Below, piece by piece: positions 36,420 to 48,330 of a stretch of 64,000 nt of DNA (position 1 is its first letter; each line of letters starts with the position of its first letter). The notes below the pieces were generated by a model. That model did no database searches, was not told where the DNA came from, and saw only the letters and a list, made by a program, of their open reading frames with translations. The stretch is from Gammaproteobacteria bacterium (GTDB taxonomy: Bacteria; Pseudomonadota; Gammaproteobacteria; GRL18): contig JADGDG010000001.1 in NCBI GenBank assembly GCA_016744995.1, forward strand, positions 38,011 through 102,010. The letters are read 5' to 3'. The translations under genes and the position numbers were made by a program.

Positions 36420-37100
36420 TTACTCAATGGTGCTTATTTTGGATACTGAAATAATCTCTGAGCCATCCCAGATGTATTCGTAATGACAGCCCTGGTCAAT
36501 TTTATCGATGTATTTTGGCGTGAACAAAGCGTAGCAGTTAGCATAGTTGTTTCTTACTGAACCGTACCAGATGCCTGAAGAACTTTCTTCTTTAACTTTT
36601 GCACCTAATTGTTGAGCGGCTGTATAGTCATCTGTATCATACCACCCACGGTCATCAATTAATGGGTCGGCGATATTAATCAGTTCTGCTGAAAAGGTGG
36701 TGCATAAAGTTCGCATGACAATTCTTTCATACTTAAAGCCCTCTACATTTTTTAAGTATTTTTCCTGATGGTATACCGTTTCAGTGATAGCCGTTTCTAT
36801 ATTTTCAGCAGCATAATAGATGCCATACCTACCATCAGAAAAGCGCGAGCCTTCTGAGCTGATGTGTGTGAAAGGTGCTATTGCCCAGTTACATCCGGGG
36901 ATATCAAAGGGTATTTCTTTAGCAGGCAACAGATTTAAGTTGCCTGCTTCATTTTGAACCCTGGGGTTAGTCATTGCCTGTATTTCATAGAGGGCCTCAA
37001 ATTCATCGGCATCAGCAACATCATCAAAGAGAGCAATGGGCGGAAATTTACTATTGATTAAGCGGTAACATACTTGCTTAGCAAATGTTGTTGTTACCAT
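36420..37100 (-). CDS. RES-domain toxin (MbcT/RES NAD+ phosphorylase family)
   Basis: R...E...S catalytic arrangement (GSRFSDGRYGIYYAAENIETAITE). Overlaps the upstream Xre-like antitoxin by 7 nt. Confidence 0.7.
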   Translation of the reverse strand: MVTTTFAKQVCYRLINSKFPPIALFDDVADADEFEALYEIQAMTNPRVQNEAGNLNLLPAKEIPFDIPGCNWAIAPFTHISSEGSRFSDGRYGIYYAAENIETAITETVYHQEKYLKNVEGFKYERIVMRTLCTTFSAELINIADPLIDDRGWYDTDDYTAAQQLGAKVKEESSSGIWYGSVRNNYANCYALFTPKYIDKIDQGCHYEYIWDGSEIISVSKISTIE

Positions 37101-37498
37101 TGACCGCCTCTTAAAGCAGTGATCTGATTATTGACTTCGTAAAGATTCGCAACACTTCCACTAGTCATTATATCCATTGGCGTTGCACCATTAAAGAAAT
37201 AGTTTGAATTAGGCATGCGAACAAAGCCATAGACATTATCTTTATTATCAAAAAGAATTCTTAGTGATGAATGAATGTTGAGCAAGTAACTGACTCTTTC
37301 CAGTAAGTCATGTGAGACTCTGGCTGAATAGGGATCACTTTGATATTTATGCAGCGTAGAACGACCTATCCCCAATAGAGCCATTTTCTCTTGTTCACTA
37401 CATTCCCACTTATCAAGAATATTCAAGGCTGTTTTTAATGCAATTTGCCTCTTATCTTTAGATTGATTGTTTGCTTGAGTTCTATTTTGTGTAGTCAT
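37094..37498 (-). CDS. Xre-like antitoxin (MbcA/ParS, DUF2384) of RES toxin
   Basis: C-terminal toxin-binding domain similarity. Positioned upstream of the RES gene in typical TA arrangement. Confidence 0.65.
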   Translation of the reverse strand: MTTQNRTQANNQSKDKRQIALKTALNILDKWECSEQEKMALLGIGRSTLHKYQSDPYSARVSHDLLERVSYLLNIHSSLRILFDNKDNVYGFVRMPNSNYFFNGATPMDIMTSGSVANLYEVNNQITALRGGQW

Positions 37499-37658
37499 AA
37501 CTATACCCTTTAATGTCCATATTAGTACAGAATACCTAGATTTGTCTATATATGGATGTAAATATTGTAAGAGTTATTGAGTACACAGGAAAAAGCCCGT
37601 ACTAAATGATTCGGTTCTTCAAATAAATGTTAATAGTTGTATTTTTTACCATGTACAC

Positions 37659-37691
37659 TATAATATCACGTACATTAATAATGAACACAAT
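37659..37691 (+). promoter_or_regulatory. Promoter/operator-like motif TATAAT-N7-GTACATTAATAATGAACA, directly upstream of the 37698 start codon
   Basis: Perfect -10 hexamer. An 18-bp core is repeated exactly at 39821-39838. Confidence 0.35.
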
Positions 37692-37697
37692 ATTATA

Positions 37698-38774
37698 ATG
37701 AACGAAAATCATAAACTGCCTGGAATTAAAAAAAATATATTAGAAGAAGCAATAGAAGCCGTTTATCAACAAACAGGTTTAAGACTTATCCTGCCTGATA
37801 ACAATGTAATTGAAGAATCTCACGATGAGATAACTATAATGATTGAGGGAAATTTTCACCTTCATTTTACAGCTAAGGTAAAACGATGGGCACAACAGGC
37901 TAATTTCGGAGCACTAGTTAATGAGATCCAGCAACTATCGACGAAAGGTATACTGGCTGCCGATTATGTAAATCCAAGAATGGCAGATAAGCTTCGTAAA
38001 CTAGACATACCTTTTATAGATACTGCTGGTAATGTATTTATCAATGAAAAACCAACCTATCTTTTTGTTAAAGGCATTAAAAACACCCACAAAACAGAGA
38101 TAAGCAATCAACCCAAAGAAACACAAACTCATGGCAGAGCATTCATGCCATCAGGGCTAAAAGTTGTTTATGCATTCATACAATCGCCCAAATTAATCGA
38201 TGCACCTTATAGAGAAATTGCAAATATTTCAGGTGTTGCACTAGGTACTGTTGGCTGGGTTATTAATGATCTGAAACTGGGGGGCTATTTAGTCGCATTT
38301 GATGAAAAAAAACGGAGATTAACAAACAAAAAACATCTATTAAATAAATGGGTTGATGCCTATTTAGAAAAATTACGCCCAAAATTGTTTTTAGGTAACT
38401 TTAGTGCTGAGGATGATAGTTGGTGGATGAAACTGGATAAAAATATAGTGGATTATGGTACGTTGTGGGGAGGGGAAATTGCAGCATCTAAACTCACAGG
38501 ATATATCAAACCAGAAAAAGTTATTCTTTATCGACCCAAAGAAGGCAATAATAAATTATTTGCCGATAATCGTTTCCGAAAAGATCCAAATGGGAATATT
38601 CAAGTATTTCAAGCTTTCTGGGACATAGATGAAAAACATATTTTAAATTCAAGTGGTCTTGTTGAACCATTAATTGTCTATGCCGATCTCCTGGCAACAG
38701 GTGATAGCAGGAATTTAGAAACAGCAAGGGTACTATATGATAAAGAACTCACTGGATTTATCCAGGAAGATTGA
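37698..38774 (+). CDS. AbiEi-like wHTH protein (putative antitoxin/regulator partner of downstream NTase)
   Basis: Internal winged-HTH-like segment (YREIANISGVALGTVGWVINDLKLGGYLV). 38-nt overlap with the downstream NTase gene. Confidence 0.3.
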   Translation: MNENHKLPGIKKNILEEAIEAVYQQTGLRLILPDNNVIEESHDEITIMIEGNFHLHFTAKVKRWAQQANFGALVNEIQQLSTKGILAADYVNPRMADKLRKLDIPFIDTAGNVFINEKPTYLFVKGIKNTHKTEISNQPKETQTHGRAFMPSGLKVVYAFIQSPKLIDAPYREIANISGVALGTVGWVINDLKLGGYLVAFDEKKRRLTNKKHLLNKWVDAYLEKLRPKLFLGNFSAEDDSWWMKLDKNIVDYGTLWGGEIAASKLTGYIKPEKVILYRPKEGNNKLFADNRFRKDPNGNIQVFQAFWDIDEKHILNSSGLVEPLIVYADLLATGDSRNLETARVLYDKELTGFIQED

Positions 38775-39588
38775 TTCTGTAACAATAAAATTATTCTGCC
38801 TCATAGATCAAGTAGCAAAAAGTCTGAATGTTTCATACGTTGTCATCGGTGCAACTGCAAGAGATATAGTGCTTCATTGTGGGTATGGTGCTGAGATCAG
38901 AAAAGCCACCACTGATATTGATTTTGGCATACAGGCTAATAGTTGGGAGGGATTTAAAGAATTAAAAATCAAATTATTGGAAATAGGTTTTCAACCCACA
39001 AAGGTGGGACACCGATTGACTTCACCTATAGGTCTCGCTGTTGATCTTGTTCCTTTTGGAGCAATTGAAGATACAAGTTCAAATATTCAGTGGCCACCTA
39101 ATGGTGATTTTGAAATGAATATGCTTGGTTTTCAAGAAGCACATGATCATGCAATAAAAGTTATCATTCAGGAAAGGCCATTTATAGAGATTTCTGTAGC
39201 AACATCACAGGGTCTGGTCCTACTCAAATTAATTGCATGGTCAGATCGTGTGAGAGATCTAAGAAAAAAAGATGCCCTGGATTTGGTTTATCTGCTTGAA
39301 ACATATGAAAGAGTTGATGGTATTGTCGATCAACTCTATGAAGAAGACGGCTTAATGGAACAATACGACTGGGATATTAAATTTGCGAGTGCACATCGTC
39401 TCGGTATTGATTCAGCTTTAATCTCACAAGAAGCAACAAAAAAACAAATCTACAAAATTTTAGAAAATAACTTAAATACTGATAAGCAAAATATTCTAGT
39501 TGAAGAAATGTGTGGTCAAAATGAAAAAGATGATTATGAGAAAAATTTTAGCTTACTAAAGGCATTTGCTGCGGGATTTAGAAAATAA
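38737..39588 (+). CDS. AbiEii/DUF1814-like nucleotidyltransferase (putative type IV TA toxin)
   Basis: IGATARD...x20...TTDIDFG resembles the GGTA...SEDIDL catalytic motifs of AbiEii-family NTases. Confidence 0.4.
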   Translation: MIKNSLDLSRKIDSVTIKLFCLIDQVAKSLNVSYVVIGATARDIVLHCGYGAEIRKATTDIDFGIQANSWEGFKELKIKLLEIGFQPTKVGHRLTSPIGLAVDLVPFGAIEDTSSNIQWPPNGDFEMNMLGFQEAHDHAIKVIIQERPFIEISVATSQGLVLLKLIAWSDRVRDLRKKDALDLVYLLETYERVDGIVDQLYEEDGLMEQYDWDIKFASAHRLGIDSALISQEATKKQIYKILENNLNTDKQNILVEEMCGQNEKDDYEKNFSLLKAFAAGFRK

Positions 39589-39809
39589 AATAATGACCAG
39601 ATATTTGAGTGCTCTCACTTATACCTCTCACACAAAATGTTCTGCGTAGAACATATAAAGCATAGAAGTCCAGTAGCACTTACAAAAATTACAAGGAATG
39701 GTCAGGATGATCTAAAAGATGGCAAATATGGTTTTAAATGTTTCGCGGCGAAACACTTATCAAGTAAAAGAGACTTTTTTGGCTGATCAATACTATTTTC
39801 TGTGTTCAT

Positions 39810-39842
39810 TATAATGTCAAGTACATTAATAATGAACAGAAT
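39810..39842 (+). repeat. Second copy of the TATAAT...GTACATTAATAATGAACA motif, with 10-bp inverted arms TGTTCATTAT/ATAATGAACA
   Basis: 18-bp exact match to the motif upstream of the AbiE-like cassette. Followed by a 25-codon ORF starting MNRIR (compare MNENH). Confidence 0.5.
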
Positions 39843-40770
39843 CAGAGCGATATTATATAAAGTAGATATCAAACTTCCCGTTGGCAATAGCGACAGATAC
39901 TTGCCTTAAGAATAGGGGGCTTATTTATTGACAGAAAGTTAGTCACATCAGAATATAAATTTACAAAATTCCATCCTGATGTGTAAGATGCTAATTATTA
40001 ATCACAAAACGTATTAGATTGCTCACCAAATTGATTCAACCATTATTCTAAAGTTGAACGTTTATATCGGATGGTAGAACCAATTTTTATATATGCTGGC
40101 GCTTTGATGCCAAACAATGTACCACTTACACGACTTTGTCACAAAGTGGTTTTGGCACATGTGGGATATATTGCAGCGTCTGAGTTCGAAAGAAGTTCAC
40201 TCGTTTGAATATTTTCAGATGACATAATTTAGTCTCCAATTTAAATTTTTTAAATACCTGTAAAATATAAATGAAAACTAAACGGACATTATTATGTCAA
40301 TTGAGATATTTACAAAAACTATCTCATCGGTTATTATTTTCAGCGTACTTAGCCGAATCAGCACAGGCTATAAATGTCGACAAGAGCTTGGAGGGTCGAA
40401 ACTACAAGCTCTTAAACTATATTAATATACTGATGTGTATTAATACTGATACTGATATTAAGCACCGAACAGCAGAATAGCAAACCATTTTAGGGTGCTA
40501 TTTTCAAGAAATGAGCGGTTCCTTCATAGCCTCTACAAAATAAGGGGTTTCAGAATTGCTTTGTAAATTTTTTTCGTATTTTATCTGAAAAATCGTAAAA
40601 TTTGGCCTGCTACAAGCATCGTAACAAACAAAAGCTTATCAACAATTAATAACCCGCTTTCTTATCAAGCCCAGACGAATTAATACAATTTTCTAAGAAA
40701 TAATAACATGGAATAAACAGGTGTAAATGCGGTGTAAAGTTTATAAAAAACTTTTTATGGGGAAATCTCA

Positions 40771-40809
40771 GGCAATAAAAAGCCCTATAACCAATTGAAT
40801 TATAGGGCT
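40771..40809 (-). terminator. Rho-independent terminator downstream of the minus-strand tRNA(CAT)
   Basis: Perfect 10-bp hairpin AGCCCTATAA-loop-TTATAGGGCT followed on the minus strand by TTTTATTG. Confidence 0.5.
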
Positions 40810-40815
40810 TAATTA

Positions 40816-40892
40816 TGGTGGGCCTGGACAGACTCGAACTGTCGACCTGCCGATTATGAGTCGGATGCTCTAACCAACTGAGCTACAGGCCC
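40816..40892 (-). tRNA. tRNA with CAT anticodon, most likely tRNA-Ile2 (lysidine) rather than elongator Met
   Basis: Clean 77-nt cloverleaf with CCA. C4-G69 and C5-G68 in the acceptor stem match TilS identity elements. Confidence 0.8.
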
Positions 40893-41006
40893 TTATTAGG
40901 ATGGAAATATATTTTCCTGAGAAGATGAGTTTTCCCAGAAAGCAGGCATTATATCGGGTTATTTATAAGATGACCAGCTTCTGGAAGGGAAATATGACGA
41001 ACGGGA

Positions 41007-42845
<1,839 letters not shown>

Positions 42846-43059
42846 AGACCTCTTGATCCGTAAAAAAGAAACAATAAAAATTTCGAAAGATAACTTACCA
42901 TTTTAGCATATCAAGTACTATTCTGCGAGTTGCTAAGCATGAATCTGCTAAAAAAACATCAAAAGAATTCAATTTTGTTCTCTTAATTGAGAATAAAATT
43001 ATTCTTTAAAGAAAAAATCTGCCTTAAGTGACAATGCACCGCATTTAATAGTATTAATC

Positions 43060-44865
43060 TTATGATTTTAACGCTTGTAATAATTGCAGGTATTCATTTT
43101 TTTCCAGTGAACTAAGACCTTGCTGTCTTTCTTTGCGCTGCAATTGCGTAATTCGCTGCTGCTGATACTGTCGTGTAAATAATAGCAAGAGATCGTTAAA
43201 CTCACCGCTGACAGCAGTTTCATCATTAATCAACAGGGGTTCAACCGCCAGACGAGCAAGAAATTGATGTTGTTCTTTATCAGACCAGTTTGCGAGTATC
43301 CTTGCAGTTGTTAAATTGGGGTCATTCTGAAGTATATCAAGTAATTGTATGAAAACATTAATGTCTGCAAGTTCTAAAGAGGAGAATCGACCGGGATCAC
43401 CCGCTTTTTCTGCTAAAGAAGGATACTGTAGCAGATAGGTGATGGCTTTTTTTACCGGTGCAGGCCCCTGAACCTTGTGAATAGAAGCTGTCTTACGTTG
43501 ATCCCCTCTGGCGCTTACTGATGCCCCGGTCATCATTGAAACAGATTTTATTCCTAACAGAGGCAGTAAGCTTGCCTTCTCAATATCAGCCAGTTCTGAT
43601 AATCGAGCCACCATCAATGTCTGAAATGCCCCCTCCTGTATTTTTTCCAGATAGGGTTTGCACAGATCGATCAGTTTAGAACGCCCATCCAGAGATTCCA
43701 TGTTGACCTGCTGCATCAGATGGTCAAAAAAGAATTCTGAAAAGGTCATGGCTTTATCCATTTCAGCTTCAAATCCTGCTTTTCCCTGGTGGCGAACTAC
43801 GGTGTCTGGATCCTCACCATCAGGCAGAAACATAAATCGAGCCTGTTTACCCGGTTTAATGACTGGTAAAGCATTATTCATTGCACGCCAGGCGGCATCT
43901 CTACCAGCCCGATCACCATCAAAGCAAAAAAAGACTTCATCACACAAGCGAAACAATTTCTGTAAATGATCGCTTGTGGTAGCGGTACCTAACGTTGCCA
44001 CACTATAATTAACATCAAATTGTGCCAGAGAAACAACATCCATATAGCCCTCAACCACCAGGATCCGTTCTATCTTGCGTAATGCCTGTTTAAGCTCATA
44101 GAGACCATAGAGTTCATGACCTTTATGAAACAGACGAGTTTCTGGTGAATTCAGGTATTTAGGTTTGCCGTCACCCAGGATGCGACCACCAAAGGCTATT
44201 GTGCGCCCTCTTCGATCCCGGATAGGAAACATCAGTCGCTCTCTGAAGCGATCATACCAGGGTGATTTATTGGGGTGAGCTTTACTGTCTTCATCTCGTT
44301 TAATCAGCATACCGGTATCGAACAATGCCTGTATTTTTTTCTGATCGCCTGCACCAATTACATTAAGAACATTGTCCCAACCTGGTGGTGAGAATCCCAG
44401 TCCAAAGGTGTTAATAACTTCAGGGCTTAATCCACGCTGCTTAACATAATCCTGAACTTGTGCTGATTTGGGGTGATGGTTAAGTTGATGCTGATAATAA
44501 TTTGAAACTTGATCTAATAGCTCAAATTGTTCAGGAGCTTTTTTTTGCGGCTCCGTACTATAGGCAATCTTAGGCACCTGTAACCCAGCCATCTGGGCTA
44601 GCTCTTCAATGGCTTCGACAAAAGACTGATGCTCATACTCCATCAGAAAACGAATGGCATCACCACTTGCACCGCAACCAAAGCAATGATAGAACTGTTT
44701 TGGTTGACTCACGCTGAACGAAGGTGTTTTTTCACCATGAAAAGGACAACAGGCCATATGGTTATTGCCTGAGCGTTTAAGAGGCACACGGGAATCTATC
44801 AGTTCAACAATATCAGTATAGGCCAATACTTCGTCAATAAATTCTCTGGGGATCGTGCCGGCCAT
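43060..44865 (-). CDS. dnaG: DNA primase
   Basis: Zinc-binding CCPFHGEKTPSF, TOPRIM (EGYMDV, DGDRAGR) and C-terminal helicase-binding domain. Confidence 0.9.
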   Translation of the reverse strand: MAGTIPREFIDEVLAYTDIVELIDSRVPLKRSGNNHMACCPFHGEKTPSFSVSQPKQFYHCFGCGASGDAIRFLMEYEHQSFVEAIEELAQMAGLQVPKIAYSTEPQKKAPEQFELLDQVSNYYQHQLNHHPKSAQVQDYVKQRGLSPEVINTFGLGFSPPGWDNVLNVIGAGDQKKIQALFDTGMLIKRDEDSKAHPNKSPWYDRFRERLMFPIRDRRGRTIAFGGRILGDGKPKYLNSPETRLFHKGHELYGLYELKQALRKIERILVVEGYMDVVSLAQFDVNYSVATLGTATTSDHLQKLFRLCDEVFFCFDGDRAGRDAAWRAMNNALPVIKPGKQARFMFLPDGEDPDTVVRHQGKAGFEAEMDKAMTFSEFFFDHLMQQVNMESLDGRSKLIDLCKPYLEKIQEGAFQTLMVARLSELADIEKASLLPLLGIKSVSMMTGASVSARGDQRKTASIHKVQGPAPVKKAITYLLQYPSLAEKAGDPGRFSSLELADINVFIQLLDILQNDPNLTTARILANWSDKEQHQFLARLAVEPLLINDETAVSGEFNDLLLLFTRQYQQQRITQLQRKERQQGLSSLEKNEYLQLLQALKS

Positions 44866-45010
44866 AAATAACCATTATTAAAAAGATAGAGTATGATATA
44901 TATTTGAACAGCTTCAGCTGGATGAAACTTTAATGAACAGAAGCTAAACTCGAATGAGACAGACTTCCAGGGTTAGTTTTCAGAAACAACAATGCTCTAA
45001 GACAAAAAGT

Positions 45011-45460
45011 TTAAGACAAGCGTTGCTTGATAAGAGAACTCACCTGAGACATATCGCCTCGCCCCTGTACTTTAGGTTTTAGCAACCCCATGACTTTGCC
45101 CATGTCTTTCATTGACTCAGCTCCGCTTGCTTCGATGGTTTGGTCAATTAACTGGGTTATTTCATCTTCGGTTAAAGCAGTGGGAAGATACTCCTGGAGT
45201 ATGCCCATTTCCATTTCTTCTTTTTCAACCAGATCCATTCGATCGGCATCACGGAATTGCTGAGCTGAGTCACGCCGCTGCTTAACCAGCTTGTCTAATA
45301 TCGCCAGGATCTGGGTATCATCAAGCTCAATTCGTTCATCAATTTCACGCTGTTTGATAACCGCTAATGTGCCACGAATGACAAGCAGGCGGTCTTTTGC
45401 TTTAGCCCGCATAGCACTTTTCATATCATCTTGAAGACGAGTCTTTAAAGTCTGGCTCAT
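45011..45460 (-). CDS. yqeY: GatB/YqeY domain protein
   Basis: YqeY-family helical protein in the conserved position between rpsU and dnaG. Confidence 0.75.
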   Translation of the reverse strand: MSQTLKTRLQDDMKSAMRAKAKDRLLVIRGTLAVIKQREIDERIELDDTQILAILDKLVKQRRDSAQQFRDADRMDLVEKEEMEMGILQEYLPTALTEDEITQLIDQTIEASGAESMKDMGKVMGLLKPKVQGRGDMSQVSSLIKQRLS

Positions 45461-45531
45461 GGTTTATCGCTCACAGCTTATTTTGTGAAATATTAGAACA
45501 TCAGATAAGACAATGTATGTCTTATCTGATT

Positions 45532-45747
45532 TTAGTACATACGTCTACGACGGCCAATCTCACGAGATTGTTTCTTCTGCCAGCGTTTAACAGCTGCAGC
45601 AGCTTTACGTTTACGAACAGCTGTTGGCTTTTCATAATGTTCGCGACGACGAACTTCTGATAAAACGCCTGCTTTTTCACATGAACGTTTGAAACGACGT
45701 AATGCTACGTCAAATGGCTCGTTTTCTTTAATCTTAACCGATGGCAT
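45532..45747 (-). CDS. rpsU: 30S ribosomal protein S21
   Basis: Near-identical to E. coli S21 ([33 protein letters not shown]). Confidence 0.9.
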   Translation of the reverse strand: MPSVKIKENEPFDVALRRFKRSCEKAGVLSEVRRREHYEKPTAVRKRKAAAAVKRWQKKQSREIGRRRRMY

Positions 45748-45918
45748 GTAGACTCCTGGCTCCTACCAAAATAAATATAAAATTCTTTAATATACGCTCA
45801 TTATCACAAAGACAGCCTAAATCATCCGGCCGAGAACGCAGAGACGGGATCATACTCTTACTGGCAAATAAATGCAAAAGATCTTTATTTTTTATTTATA
45901 TGAGCAGACAATACGGAC

Positions 45919-46938
45919 ATGAAAGTATTAGGTATTGAAACATCTTGTGATGAAACTGGCATTGCTATTTATGATAATAAGCAGGGGTTGCTGGCTGAAG
46001 CACTCTATAGCCAAATTGAATTGCATGCTGATTATGGCGGCGTTGTCCCCGAGCTGGCATCCAGAGATCATGTCCGGCGTATTATTCCGCTCATCGATCA
46101 GGTTATGAAACAGGCTGGTTGCCAACCCAATGATATTGACGGCATCGCTTATACCTCCGGTCCCGGCCTGATGGGTGCCTTAATGGTTGGTGCTGCAGTG
46201 GGTCGTTCATTAGCATGGACCTGGAAGTGCCCCAGTGTCGGAGTCCACCATATGGAAGGTCATTTACTGGCCCCTATGCTGGAAGAAAATACTCCTGATT
46301 TCCCTTTCCTGGCTTTATTGGTCTCAGGCGGACACACTTTATTAGTCGATGTCACAGGTATAGGCCAGTACAATATAATTGGTGAATCTCTGGATGATGC
46401 CGTCGGTGAAGCATTCGATAAAACGGCAAAGATGCTGGGCTTAGGCTATCCCGGTGGCCCGATTATTTCTGAACTTGCACTTTCTGGTCACAGTGGTTTG
46501 TATCAATTCCCTCGACCAATGGTCAATCGCCCCGGTCTGGATATGAGTTTCAGCGGCTTAAAAACCTTTGTCTTAAATACCTGGGCCAAGTCGGATAAAA
46601 CAGAGCAAACAAAGGCAAATATTGCCTATGCCTTTCAGGAGGCAGTTGTGGATACTCTGGCAATAAAATGTCAGCGTGCTTTAAAAGAAACTGGGCATCA
46701 ACGCCTGGTGATTGCCGGGGGCGTCAGTGCCAATACACGCCTGCGTGCCCGCCTGAATGAACTGGCTCAAAAGCAATCTCTGGAAGTTTTTTATCCTAAA
46801 CACCAGTTCTGTACTGATAATGGCGCTATGATAGCTTATGCCGGTCTGCAAAGATTAAATGCCGGGGAAAAAGACGCTGAAGGATTCTCAACCAGACCTC
46901 GCTGGCCGTTGGGTGAACTCGAAATACCTGGCATTTAA
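45919..46938 (+). CDS. tsaD: tRNA N6-adenosine threonylcarbamoyltransferase
   Basis: Kae1/TsaD motifs (GIETSCDET, HxxGH) and divergent position from rpsU. Confidence 0.9.
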   Translation: MKVLGIETSCDETGIAIYDNKQGLLAEALYSQIELHADYGGVVPELASRDHVRRIIPLIDQVMKQAGCQPNDIDGIAYTSGPGLMGALMVGAAVGRSLAWTWKCPSVGVHHMEGHLLAPMLEENTPDFPFLALLVSGGHTLLVDVTGIGQYNIIGESLDDAVGEAFDKTAKMLGLGYPGGPIISELALSGHSGLYQFPRPMVNRPGLDMSFSGLKTFVLNTWAKSDKTEQTKANIAYAFQEAVVDTLAIKCQRALKETGHQRLVIAGGVSANTRLRARLNELAQKQSLEVFYPKHQFCTDNGAMIAYAGLQRLNAGEKDAEGFSTRPRWPLGELEIPGI

Positions 46939-47015
46939 TTGAGGCGTTAAGAAAAGGATATAAAAGGGCTTAACTCGCTATAATGGCTTTGGCTTTTTCT
47001 TAGCACCAACATGTT

Positions 47016-47618
47016 CTATGTTTCAGTACCCTCTATCATCCGTTTGATATTGCTGCGATGCCGCCAGATAAGCAGTGTTGAAATAAAAACAGCCATAATA
47101 GTTAGTGTGATTGAGCCATCAAACCACCAAAAATAAAATGGGGCTAATGCAGCAGTCACTATTGCTGACATGGATGATACTTTCAGACCATAAGCTACCG
47201 TTAGCCAGGTCACCAGCATTGCTAAGGCAACAGGCCAACTGACTCCCGCTATCGCACCAAAAGCAGTTGCCACACCTTTGCCACCTTTAAAACCAAAAAA
47301 CACTGGGTATAAGTGACCCAAAAATGCAGCACTGGCGACCAGTGCCAGAGTTAAATTGTCACCGTTTAATGCCACAACCAGCAGAACAGGTAGAAGACCT
47401 TTAAGCATGTCACCCAGCAAAGTGATCACTGCGGCTTTTTTCCCGCCTATTCGCAACACATTTGTTGCTCCTGGATTATTTGAGCCCTGAGTCCTGGGAT
47501 CAGGCAAACCCATAGCTTTACAGGTAATGATAGCGGCTGAAATTGAGCCGAAGAGATAGGCCGTCAAGCTTAGAACAAGCGTTAAAATAGGTTCGGTTGG
47601 CACTGTGGTTATCGGCAT
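47016..47618 (-). CDS. plsY: Glycerol-3-phosphate acyltransferase PlsY
   Basis: FGSISAAII...GSNNPGATNVLR motif and five TM helices. Confidence 0.85.
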   Translation of the reverse strand: MPITTVPTEPILTLVLSLTAYLFGSISAAIITCKAMGLPDPRTQGSNNPGATNVLRIGGKKAAVITLLGDMLKGLLPVLLVVALNGDNLTLALVASAAFLGHLYPVFFGFKGGKGVATAFGAIAGVSWPVALAMLVTWLTVAYGLKVSSMSAIVTAALAPFYFWWFDGSITLTIMAVFISTLLIWRHRSNIKRMIEGTET

Positions 47619-47793
47619 TAGTTATCTACGTTAGTTTCAATATCAATGAATAAGCCGGTTATTATACAGTAATTTTTCAATTATGTTTTATTGACATTTA
47701 TCAATAAATGCATAGACTCTTAATTTCTCCCTCTGCACTATAGCCGCCATTCAGAGGGCGTAGGAATTAACTCTCACATTTAAGGAATAAATT

Positions 47794-48249
47794 ATGTCAC
47801 ACTCTCTCAAGTCATCTCACTCAGAAAAAACAGCGAATTCACGACGTACATTTTTAAAAGGTGCATTATCTGCTGCCACTGTCGCAACAGTGGCGTCAGT
47901 TGCAACAACAAGCAATGCACTGGCTTCAAGTCATGCTTCAATGGCGGGTATTGTTTATACTAAGAAAAATCCTGGTAAATGGGCAAAAAAAGTGGGTGGC
48001 CACTTACCCAGCATCACGATTGAAGGCAATAAAGTTACAGTCAATACGGATCACGGTATGTCAGCCAAACATTATATAGTTCGACACACACTGGTTTCTA
48101 AGGATGGTGAAACTTTGGGAGCAAAAACATTCACTCCTGATGATGATGCCACTTCCAGCTATACTCTGCCTGATGGCTATAAGGGTACTTTATATGCAAG
48201 CAGTTTTTGTAACAAGCATGACTTCTGGCTGGCAGAAAGCAAAGTCTAA
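47794..48249 (+). CDS. Tat-exported superoxide-reductase (neelaredoxin/desulfoferrodoxin centre II)-like protein
   Basis: Twin-arginine signal SRRTFLKG..ALA. Fe ligands in SOR spacing: GGHLP, HGMSAKHYI, FCNKHDFW. Confidence 0.5.
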   Translation: MSHSLKSSHSEKTANSRRTFLKGALSAATVATVASVATTSNALASSHASMAGIVYTKKNPGKWAKKVGGHLPSITIEGNKVTVNTDHGMSAKHYIVRHTLVSKDGETLGAKTFTPDDDATSSYTLPDGYKGTLYASSFCNKHDFWLAESKV

Positions 48250-48330
48250 GGCTCAACCTTTTTAGCTATCAATCACCAGCCAAATGCTATCTTTGAAAGT
48301 GAGTATTTCTGGCTGGTGTGTATGCTATTT

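Larger units (their letters stand above)
24731..40892. other. Accessory genomic region (integrase-less island) seeded on tRNA genes
   Basis: The interval contains tRNA cluster, tRNA fragments, TA modules, nucleases/NTases and long noncoding gaps between two syntenic housekeeping blocks. Confidence 0.45.
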
